The position numbers were made by a program, and so were the translations under genes. DNA of 64,000 nt from Balanoglossus misakiensis (taxonomy: Eukaryota > Animalia > Hemichordata), in the NCBI GenBank assembly GCA_040954595.2, contig CM082598.2:248001-312000 (forward strand), in the 5' to 3' direction. Position 1 is the first letter of the stretch, and every line of letters starts with the position of its first letter. Below the pieces are notes generated by a model that saw only the letters and a list, made by a program, of their open reading frames with translations, was not told where the DNA came from and made no database searches. Of the stretch, positions 28,401-39,884 are shown in pieces.

Positions 28401-31400
28401 AATCAGATTCTTTAACCATGCTTTCTCTATTCATCATTCTTTTATGATTGTATTGAAATCTGTGTGAAACAAATGTGTAAAAAAAGTGCATTATTATGTA
28501 TAAAAAACACATGAACAGATACGAAACAGAACATCAGCAAACAAGGTAGCTTTCAAATTTGCAGAGGGAAGTTCCATTTCTGCCTACCAAAAGTGTGGAC
28601 GTACAGTGTATCATAGCCTTGTATATTTCTCACAAATTACTCACCTAATCATTATTTCTTCTTTTTTTTTCCCTTGATTTTCACACAAGGCCAATGGGGA
28701 ACACCTCGAGTAAGTGTGGCCTTGGTCCTTGGAATGTTATGTGGCATTATTGCCAGTATTGTGGAGTCAGTTGGTGATTACCACGCATGCGCTCGGTTCA
28801 GTGGAGCCCCACCACCACCACCCCATGCAGTAAACCGAGGAATATGCATGGAAGGATTTTGCTGCATTTTAGCAGGTCTCTGGGGTTCCGGTCTTGGAGT
28901 GACTTCATTTTCAGAAAACATTGGTGCCATTGCAATCACAAAGGTACATACGTAAAGTCCATTCAAATTAATTTTACATCAGAAATCAGGGGACAGGAAA
29001 ATGTGTTTGGTATTATAACATGCGTCCAAATTAGACAGGGTTCAGTTAAGACAGGTTTTACTGTATTGAGTAAAATCTTGCATTATCAGATTTAGCAGAT
29101 TTCACACAAATATAACTAATTCGTCTTAATTATAATGTAAACAAACAAATGATTCATAACTTTAATTTTTCACAATTGACATTATACACTTCTAGGTTGG
29201 AAGTCGACGCGTGATGCAGTGGACTGCATTGTTGTTGTTTATCTGTGCCGTATTTGGTAAATTTGGTGCGATATTAGCCACACTGCCACTACCAATCGTT
29301 GGTGGCGCTCTCATAGCAGTGTTTAGTGAGTTGCCTTGTTTATATTTTGGTGAAAAACACCATTTTATCATAATTGGCCAATTAAAATTTGCTTACAAGA
29401 TGATGATGATGTATGCCACAGCCGCAATGCATTGTTATTGTCAGGGGTACTATGTCTGCAATCAAATTCAATCAAACACGCTTTCTCAACTCCCTATTCA
29501 GCCATTTTCAAATCTTCGTTAAAACTTCTTATGGTTTAAGCTTTTTGGATAGGGAGATTTTTAATTTAAGGATTTTGCACATAATATAAGAACAAATAGA
29601 ATAACTACAGCTTACATTTTAATTTCTAATGAACTACTGTGCTAAATAAAATGTGACGAATTGATATTCCAGCTATCGTTCAGGTAATTAACTGAACAGT
29701 ACACTAATACTTTCTACAAAGTGCAAGTATTTTTCCAGTATTTCAGTTTCTTGTTCAATCCCTGGCCATTTGCTTTTCAAAACAGACTACAGGTAAATTT
29801 CCCAACTAATGTTGTTAACAACAGACTTAAATTCACTAGCAATTTGAAGTGTTTTTGTTATTAAATAGCGAGTTAAACAAGAAACCATTCGATTCACATA
29901 AAAACGCTGAAGTGAAATGGAATATTCTTGAAATATACTTAGACGAATGTAGATTTCAAGAAGTCACGGTTTACTCATCAGTAAACACTGTAGGTAAACT
30001 ATTGGTGGACTACAATTCTTACTAACCTTGGTCATACTGGTTGGAGTTTCCCGAAGGTATATTTTTCAGCAGAAAATGATGGGGGCCTCGGAACTCTGTA
30101 CTCATAACGCTGACCTAGGCAACCAAGCCATAGTGAGGTATTTGAGTCTGAGATATACTGTCACTGAACACCGAACACGTTTATATTGCACGGCGTCTGC
30201 TGTGAAATTAATAATTGTAGCATATGATAACTTACAGTTCCTAGGACGGAATAGCTGCGTTGGACTTTGCTTTATTTGGGGAGTTTGTGTTTATTTTTAG
30301 AAGCAACAATCGCACATGAAGAGCGAGATGTATACATGAGCACCACTAAACTGGTGAAAAATGTCAACATTTGTAAGAATATCTTTACCTTTCTGCAAGT
30401 TTTCGCTTGTTTCCTCGTAGACCGTCACCTTCGCCACCTTTCCTGCATTTTAGCAACTCTTTTGAACTCTTCTACCGTCAATTCTTCAGGATAACTGCCA
30501 CAGACGTGTAAGTTTTGGTGCAGATTGACCAAAATTTGCAGACGACAATTTTAGATGCTCATGAATATTTATATAAAAGTTCAACGTCCCCACAATCAAC
30601 TGCGGCTGTGACGTCATCGCTATCTCTACGCAAATGTATAAAATGGGTCTTTTTTCTTTTCTAAAATGCATATTAATAACTACAGTTTACCATTCCAGCA
30701 AATAAATTGATGTGCGTCCCGGAAAATAGAACATTCATCTTGGTACATGTTGTTACTTTTGTTTTATGCTGAAAATATTCGAGAGTGAAACGTGCCATAT
30801 ACAACCACCTGTCGATTTTCAGATGTGGTGTTTAATATCCTCGTTTTCGCCCTTTCGTAGGTATGATAATTTCGGTTGGTGTTCCCAACGTACAGTTTGT
30901 CAACATGAATTCATCCAGAAGTCTGTGTGTCTTTGGACTCTCTGTGTTTTGCGGGCTAATGATTCCAAACTGGGTGACTGCAAATGAAGATATGGTAAAA
31001 ACTGGTAAATAGCCTTTTTAACTAAATCAACCGGGCCACCCAAGAAACCATGTACCAACCAACCAATCAATCAATTAGACAATTTGAGTAGGGGACAAGT
31101 GACTGACGTTTTACAACAGCGAAAAGTCTTGTAATACTTGTTCAGTCGGTTTAGGGGCACGAACTTTGAAATCATATACGGGGACAGTTCCTAGGGAGAA
31201 ATACACACAATAATTATCACAAATTTGCTGATACTACAGTTTTGGTGTATGTCATGGAATGAATTTATTGCTTGTATTTTTGTTGAACAGGAAATGACGT
31301 CATAGATGACGTTGTACTGGTTCTGTTGAACACTGGAATGTTCGTTGCTGGGGTTATTGGTTTCGCCCTTGACAACACAATCCCTGGTAAGGAAAAAATT

Positions 31401-31849
31401 GCATTATATCAAACAAGACAAAATTAACAATACAGCAATTTTCCTGATTTTATATGTAGATGTATTGAATTGACTTTTAAAACAAAAGTATATTGAAAAT
31501 ACCATTTGAATGTTCCAATCCTAGTTTTTTAGTTAGAAGATATAATGTTAAGCGTTCAGTTAGCACCTATCTTACACTCCCTGTGCTATACTTTTATGGC
31601 AAAATTGTGTCTTGCATTAGCACATACGTTGCGTGGTAACAAGACATGATATTAATGTAAGATATCTTTATCTGTATAGGTACGGCTGACGAAAGAGGAT
31701 TAATACGTTTTCATGCAAACAAGTCATCTGTGGAGCACGTTGGTACAAGCAGCTATGATCTCCCCTGGTGTTCAAACAAGATACGTCAATACAAATGGTC
31801 TCGTTATGTTCCTGTCTGTCCAGGATTTTTAGAGAAGAAAGTAGTTTAA
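25479..31849 (+). CDS. SLC23/NAT (NCS2) family nucleobase/ascorbate transporter, multi-exon
   Basis: Exons encode [71 protein letters not shown], the NAT signature [30 protein letters not shown], and YVPVCPGF...VV followed by TAA at 31847-31849. Confidence 0.93.
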
Positions 31850-32398
31850 TCCTTCACCATCAGGGTGTGATTCATATCCACTGTTTTCTCGGCAGCCTAT
31901 AGTCCATTGGCCATAGAAAAATGCCTCTGTGACAGTTTATTTTTATGACAAAAGTTTTCCCACGGATAAAGCTATGAATCTCACCAGGTGTGTTCAACAA
32001 CTGATCCGAACCAGCATTTAATTATAAGAGCAAATTCTTTCACTTTACCAAACAGTGCGATTTCAGGTATCAGATGTACGTGGGAGAGTTGAAATTAATC
32101 ACACACCCACAGAAACAGACAGTTATTGGCTCAATTTGTAGACATTCCGTCTAGAAACGCCACAAATATTAAAAATGAAATGAACAAAACCAGTAAGATG
32201 ATTTGCAATGAGTAACTTTATTCTTGCCCTTTATATAGATATCATTGAAATGAAATCGGACTATTTTGTTGGAGTAAAATCACTTCTCGAAACCAAAGAA
32301 TAGAACACGAAATGAATTAAAGAAATTGCCATGGACACACAGTTCTTCTGCTGTCGACGGCTGTCCGGGAATGCCAAATCGGTTGCCATGGTTGCTGA

Positions 32399-33909
32399 CT
32401 AGGCCCAGTTGAGTTGCGGGCGATTGTCGAAACAACAATTATTGTCTGTAAAAGAAGAATATACAATCGATTATTTGTCATTTTAGACAACAAAATAATT
32501 TTATATTCCAAAATCCTAATTTGAAATTAAGATTGACAGTAATTGTTGAATAGAATAAAAATAGTGAAATCATCACCAATGCATAAAACGAACACGCATA
32601 ACATGTCTACAAATCTTTAACATCTTTTTCGTTCCATTGATTCTACTCGCCTTCATATTCGCAGACATATCCTTTTTCTCTATGATTGACGTATTCATCG
32701 TCGAATGTTCCATTTCGGTTTCCTCTGAACCTGTAGAGGAAAACACGTTGTTTTAATTGTTTAAAAAAACTTCATAAGTTGATTAATATGATGTCTGCGG
32801 AATCCCTAAGTTGATTAATATGATGTCTTCAAAACATACATGCGGAAACAGCCAAACACCTTTCTGACACCATCAATACACCTGCCATTACAGAGCTACA
32901 TACTAAGAGGCCGTTTATCTTTACTGAGCATATCCCTTGCAGAAATCATTTTGCAATAAAATCTGTCTCCATGCACATACGAAAAGGGCAAACGTATAAT
33001 GTAATTAAAATTTGTTGTACAAACAAGTACAAACTATGAAAAGTAAAATGCATAAATGTGTCAATTACCAGAGCTGAACAGCTTGCTGACCATTAGCATC
33101 TTGTTTTGTATTGTCGTTTGGTTCACCGGCAGTCCATTCAAACCCACTGTCAGCACAGTAAGGTTCGCCATTAGCCCAGACGAAGTCACCATGGGGAGAT
33201 TCGCGTTTAAGACCAATGAAGAATCCTTTTCGTGTAATACAGGTGCTCCCATGAAGCCCATTGTCCATGATAAACTTAGTGATCATTTTGTGGAGTCTTC
33301 TAGTATGGAGAACAGCCAGTATACCACCGCCCTGAGCACATCTGGCCGCTGCCTTGTCGTACAGTGTCACGTTATCGTTAGTGACCACATCAGGTTGTTC
33401 ACAGAAGACGGAATATCTCTTGCAGGCGCACATGGACGCAGCTGTATGGAAAATAAGGTGAAAACTGCAATCAAACCTGTGTTATTGGCCACCTCTATAC
33501 AGTGGCAACCTAAGTCTTTTGTCTGAAAATCTGTCCCCGAGTAGGCTTTTGATCATTTTAGCAGGAATCAGACAAAAAAGTATACATACCAGGGCAGTAC
33601 TCTAGCTGTAAGGTTGAAAGAAAACACGTCAATATTAATTCGTGAAGAGTTAGTTGAACACAATATATTGATTCATTTGTGACGTTGAAAACGATGTACC
33701 TATCGAAAGTTAATCAGTTTTTATATTCAATTTTGAGACTTTCCGGGTTTGGTGGATGAAAATGGCTCCTATTTGCTAACAAATCTATTTACAAAAATCA
33801 CAGATGGTGACAACCATTTTTAATAAATAAACTTTTTGATACTGACCTGGACTGTCGACTCGGACAAATAAGCAAAGTAGCTGATCAGGATCGCCAACTT
33901 CAAAATCAT
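32399..33909 (-). CDS. Secreted single-domain C-type lectin-like protein
   Basis: Signal-peptide exon 33909-33847 (MILKLAILISYFAYLSESTVQ), 16-nt micro-exon 33605-33590 (LEYCP), CTLD exon (AARCAQGGGILA, FFIGL, FVWANG, WTAGEPND) and exon 32730-32651 (FDDEY...GYVCEYE). The end is either TAG at 32643 or a further exon 32445-32399 via a GC-AG intron. Confidence 0.85.
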
Positions 33910-35512
33910 TTTGGAGCCTATTAAGTGAAACAAAAACGCGCCTAAATAAATCCTTTATGATTTATATTCGCAAACGTGCGGGAAGATGGCAAAAAGATAA
34001 AAATAAAACACTAAAAACGAAAGTTGCTCAAAAACACTAAAACCTGCAGATGGCAACCTACCTGTCTTTCTGTCACTTCTGTTTGTATATTTTCTTGACG
34101 ATGAGTCTTTCAGTGGTGGCTGAGAGAAGAAATGGTAGCTTTTATAGATATGCACACAAACGGGGGTGTCACTTTCAATGATTGATAGTGTATGTTAAGA
34201 CTAGACAGATGTTTATTTCTGGTACACTTATACTTCATATTGTATTACCCCCGGAGTGATTGTAACACACGGCTAAGAAAGATTTAGTGATTGACAAAGC
34301 GCCGTCTGGTGACAGACAAGATGTTTTCTATTGACCTTCGACCTTCTGCATGTGGTATTTCCGAAGATTCACCCATTCTTTCTTTTCGTGAATTCTCCAT
34401 GTGCTTAATTGTTTTATTTTACAAAATAAAAAGGTTATATCATGCTTTGACATTAAGTAGTGAAATGCCAGTCGAGAGCGATTTTGGACATGTCGTAGTC
34501 ACAAAACTTTTCATGTTTGTTAAAGATGTTAGTGTTTCGAAACCATATTTACTGTATTGTTTTCAAAAACAAGTACCACACATCTCTTGCTATGACAGAC
34601 AGTAAAAAATTGGCATGCAGACGGTACAGTCAGTTTGTGTCAAAAATGTACAGATGTTTATGAATACGTTTGAAATGACCCTAAGAAGAATGTCATTTAC
34701 CAGATGGTGAGATTTGATTCTTTGCTCAAATTCACATCCCCGAGGTTAAGATAAAGTCCATCAATTTCGCGAACAGATGTCGGTCTACTTTCCATGACGT
34801 CATAAGTACCAGATCTGATGAAGCAGTCAAAGCAAACTACACCCTCAACGCCTCGCCAATATACTTTGCAACTGCTTAAATTTGGCAAATTTCAACAGGT
34901 GGTTTTACTTTATTTCCGCCTTCCACGCTGAACATGTATCAAGAGCTCTCTGGCTGCAATAATAATTGTAGCGGGTGCTGCTAGGTTGACTGGTGTTCGC
35001 ATCCGCTACAATAGTCGTTCGAGGACGCCAGATCTCAAAGCCAATAGTGGTTAGTATACGAAAATACAAGTATATATTCCTGTGCGAAGTGAGAAGTAGT
35101 AACGATAAGACCTCCTTATTCTTATTATGGACAGGTATTCTTGATTTTATTTAAAATATTTGCGTGATAATGTGTTTAAAAGTAAATGTTCAAGACAATA
35201 AAAGGAGAAGATTATTAGATTTTTGTTTAAAATATTTTGGCTCTGTAATAATTTGGTAATAACTTATTTATCGGTTTTAATAATGATGATTGTCAGTCAG
35301 TGTATAAAGAATATAACACGTTTCAAATGGAAACCAATGACAGAAACTCTTTTAAAAGATATTTATAATAATCTCTAAACACGGTTGTTTCGAACAAAAA
35401 CTTCAAGTTGTCGATATCGCTGATGTTTGTCAAAACAAGGAAAAAATGATTGTCTTTTTTTTGAAATTGTATACACAGACAGGATGGCAAATATGGAGGC
35501 ATATATTCGTTG

Positions 35513-36445
35513 TTAATGAACGTCCGACGATGGGTCGGCGACACTGTTTTGTACCGGTTCGTGGTGGTTGTATTCATCGGCGTTTTGTGGTTGCTGGTCA
35601 TCGCGTTTGACCGTCGAGTTTTCGGCGACTGTGTCCAACACCGCTTTCCTCGGGACGGCGCCGATTTTCTTTCCGTTGCTATCACGGGGGCCGCCTTTCG
35701 ATCTGGGCGTAGACTCTCCCGAGACCGAACGTCCATTCTGTTGTTCTGTGCCACCATCTTGCTGCAGACGGGGAAGCATTAAAGGGGCACAGGGTGCCGT
35801 TCTACCATGTATGTAGTGTTCTAACTGTATTGGACCGTTGATCTTACGGGAATGTAACCATTTCGTTCTGTTGTACAACTGAGTCGGAGATAACCCGCCA
35901 AATGTTACCCTGGTTACTTTTGGAAACATCGTTTTGATTGGATAATTCCTCGGCGTTGTCCTTATGACATTTCCCGGTCGGAAGTTCGTGATACTGGTGG
36001 CGCTTCTCTCTAATTTTGGCCGCCATGATTCTCGACCGCTCTTCGGTTTCATTCTTCCGGAGCCGTGTCTTGTAAACACCGTTGACTTTTCCCGTTGTCG
36101 CATCAAAGTATTAGTGGAGTACATACTGACTTCCCTGCGATAGTCGGGTTTCAAAGTGGCATTCTCTTTGAGTTGAATCCCGCTGGTGAGAGATTCCGAT
36201 AAATCTGTGATATCCTGTGCCCGACAGCGATCTGTAATGGCACGCAGAGTCTGTTGTCGTTTCCCCAGCCGTCTTTTATCGCAACTCTCTAAAATTCCGA
36301 ACACTCTTATTTTTTCCACCTCGCTTATCCTGCGTCCGTTTCGCGATTTATCGGCGACAGATTCGATGACAGAAATCTGGTCGTCATTGTCATGTGACTG
36401 TACAGCCGTGCTGAATGCTGCCTGTGTACTGACGTGTTCCGCCAT
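35513..36445 (-). CDS. Uncharacterised basic, largely disordered 310-aa protein encoded in one coding exon
   Basis: 933-nt open frame in AT-rich DNA, good start context (AAAGATGGCG), and a splice acceptor (TTTTCAG) just upstream that implies a non-coding 5' exon. No domain recognised. Confidence 0.65.
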   Translation of the reverse strand: MAEHVSTQAAFSTAVQSHDNDDQISVIESVADKSRNGRRISEVEKIRVFGILESCDKRRLGKRQQTLRAITDRCRAQDITDLSESLTSGIQLKENATLKPDYRREVSMYSTNTLMRQREKSTVFTRHGSGRMKPKSGRESWRPKLERSATSITNFRPGNVIRTTPRNYPIKTMFPKVTRVTFGGLSPTQLYNRTKWLHSRKINGPIQLEHYIHGRTAPCAPLMLPRLQQDGGTEQQNGRSVSGESTPRSKGGPRDSNGKKIGAVPRKAVLDTVAENSTVKRDDQQPQNADEYNHHEPVQNSVADPSSDVH

Positions 36446-39400
36446 CTTTCTGAAAAGTTGTGAAGAAAACAGAAAAGTGTGGATGAGCTCTTTAGGCAGT
36501 ATTCACACGAGAACAGCGAAACGTACTATTTTTTGTCAAAACTGATTGACGTCACATTAAAATGTTGAAAAAAATATTATTTTGCAATGTTCCCATCCGT
36601 CATCGCCAAGGCGAAATGGATTTCCTATAATTTTCTGTGATTTATTACAACGATAACTAACCGAGTAACGGCGTCAAATATATCTAACACCCCGTCGAAA
36701 TGTAACCATGTTTTTAACTGATAACCCACTTCAAGTGTAAACAGTTCTCCAAAAGTCCATGATTACCAACATTCACCATGGCAACTATAAAATGAACGCA
36801 GTATAACTTCAGACACTATTGGCTTGCTGTGTCTTACATACCAATGGCAAGGAATAGTTAATTAAATTATTAGTTACATGTAATTGATTTCATCAAGCAG
36901 CTGGTTCGAGAAAACACAATTATACAACATAAATGGCCAAATTAAGTGAGTATTAATTGAAATGTATAAGTTATAAGGTGGTAAGTTGACTTTCTCCTAT
37001 TAACGCGAAAGACTTCTTTCTCAGCAAATGTATAAATACTATGTATTCAAACACTTTTGACATACTCATTGGTGAAACCCTGTCAGCCCAAAAGGTGCCT
37101 TTGTGTGTATATTTTACAACACATGTTCCCCCCGGTAGACTTTACACGATATACACAAGGGGTACATTACGCATTATGGGTTATCCGTTGGCTGGCTAGT
37201 GGGTTGGTATGTTAGCTCATGTTTTACCAGTATTTAATGCAAAGCAATCCCAACGATTCACACAATCTTCAACGCAGTCAAGGTCAAAATGTTGACAACG
37301 TTGCCAGACGACCAGTGCTTAGCAACGGTCATGGTTTTTATGCACTTGAACATCCATGCCGTGAATAAGGGAAACACAAACAGTTTCAGGTAACTAAGCA
37401 CGCTTATGTACCGTAACCTGGTCTGCAAGAACACGAAAGACTAGTCTATTTTAGAATTCTATGTCCACGACCGTGTTTGGAATCACGGGTATTATCTGGG
37501 CTAAACGTGATAAAAATTCACAATTGGGACTAAGCGATGAGTCATATTTATCCAAATATAACAAAATCTAACCGGACAAACACTATTTAACAACAAAAGT
37601 AGACTAATTAGAAAACATCACATGTTTATTGTTCGTCTGATTCCAGGAAGGAATGTTTCATTTCAAGCTAGTCTCCACATGGAGCTGAAACCAACAACAG
37701 GGAAATTTCATTAACCGAGGATTACACTGCGACTGAGCAATCCGTAGTGATGGACCCCGTCATGAAAAATGTTCGCACTCACTAGAGTGTAATTGTTACT
37801 CAACATATATCGATGTAAACAAGGGTAGTTAGCGGATGAGATCTTGTACACAGCATTTATTTGCTGTTGTCATTAGCAACCTTGTTTGTGGAACGTTATT
37901 ACCGATGCTAATAGTTCTACAAGTTGGCCACGGCACCACGCCTTGCAACAGCGTCTGTGGCATGCGAGAATCTACCACTGTTTGCCAAAATGCGTCAATG
38001 AACGTAATATTACTTGAATTTATTCCACGTATTGAAGTAAATACAGAATTTATTGGACGTCGGCAAAGTTTTCTCTCATGTTGGCTAAGCCAAAACAGCG
38101 TTACGATCGAAACCATGGCAACTAGTCCGCAGAAACTGATCGAGTGGGTTGAGTATCATAAGTTCTCGATGTTGCTTACTAAACAAAACACCGTGTCGAT
38201 GTTTACGTTCCTTTTGTCAGTAAAGAATATGTCATGAAGCCTTTGAATACTGTGCACAATAGTACGGTAAAAGCTTCAGTCTGCTAGGACGGCATTTTGT
38301 AATGATTCTGTGATATTATTTAGGACTGCGGTAGAAGGAGAAATGAAGTTGCGATATCTCCTGGAACGTGTTAAAGTTCATCGTCCAATACCTCAAGCGC
38401 AGATCACTTTACTAATTATTGGGGTAACTTACCCAAAATGAAGATTAAGTTTCAGTTAAAAGTGGGTTGCGTTGCCCTGAGTTGAATCTGACAAGAAACC
38501 CGTAGCATTACCGCCACTCCAGTCCAGACCATGTTATATCACAACTGCAGTGACCTGCCTGAAGCGCATTGCTGTCCGGAATCCAGAGACGAAGGGACGA
38601 CTCCGATCTCCAACCGGACACTGTCGATTAGAGCCTCAAAGAAATTCCAAGGATATCATTTCATATCCTTGAGGGTAAAAAAGAAAACGACAGCTTTTCT
38701 TTGACCACCAAGACAGCAAACAGCCCGGAGCGAACAGTCGGGTCAGCGATGAAGTGGGAGGCCAAACGGTGTAATCGCAAACCTCAAACACGCAAGGGCA
38801 TGGAACCAGAAATTGCTGGCCAAAGAGGTGAAAACTCTAACAAGTACACACCTTTAAATTACGACGACCTTTAACCCGCGCGATACCAATACATACGAAG
38901 GGAAGACATCAATCTGGTTGCGTCATTTTGCGCATGATTACACGAGGTCACTCTATGATTAATCTATATTTGCTTTTAAGCCAATACTAGAAATGACAAT
39001 GTCATTAAAATTACGTACAGTGTGTGTGTTTTCAGAAATGCGCAAGTAAATTTAAAGTTTCCCTGACGACTTTCTTTCACTGTTAGAAAGAATGGTGTCA
39101 CCCGACTACATTAAAAGTTGAAAAACTCCACAAAGAATAAGTAGCCTTGTTGGTGGTAAATAGCGGTTTGTTGTCCCGTTCCCTTTATCTTCGGTGTCAG
39201 TTTAATTCACTGGACAATCACAAAGACTCGTATCAGAAAAGAACAGACGACATTGTATATGTACACTGAGGAATAGTTGCGCATTGTTGCTATGGAGATA
39301 ACGTCAGTTAAACTGACTCGCATACAATATTTTGCAATCATAGGTCAACAAATTCATACTCTCATGATTAACGTCGATAATAATTAAAGAATGCAGAGGT

Positions 39401-39884
39401 CAGCTTCGTCATCATGTGCGTTAAAATAATTAGATATCGCACTTTTGAGGGATCGTTTTGTGAGTCTTGCTACTGGTGAATGCATAGCGCCCTTTACGTG
39501 AATTTTGGCTACTTCTTCTTTTAAACACGTTTTATTATGCGCATAAGACGATTGTCACCCTTCAAAAGTCACTGGACCCAATTACAAGTAGACCTTTTGG
39601 CCTCGTTCAGACTGAGGAATTTAATGAAAAAAACTTCGCATGTGGTAAAACAAGACATTTTCGCGAAAGCTAAATACCTTTCTTTTGTTTCAACTGCAAA
39701 ATTATCAAAAAAATATCAGAGTATTGGGAAAGTCAGTGATCCATGTTGAGTGATGAGGTCACTGAAACCAGGTAACGAAACGAAACAAAACGAAAGATAT
39801 TGGCTTTAACTTCCTTATAAGCTTAGCGTCGTCTTTACTGTTAGCAGTGCATGGTGGTGATGCTGCTGAAGATATTGTAGCAAG

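Noticed and set aside
29990-30700. Possible transposon in the long SLC23 intron
   Set aside because: Only an 8-bp terminal match (GGTAAACT/AGTTTACC), with no TSD or coding remnant.
32775-32828. 22-bp direct repeat TAAGTTGATTAATATGATGTCT with a 10-bp spacer
   Set aside because: Real, but most simply a local intronic duplication; no sign of function.
37829-38237. 133-aa and 95-aa ORFs as a gene
   Set aside because: No motifs and no consistent splice structure.
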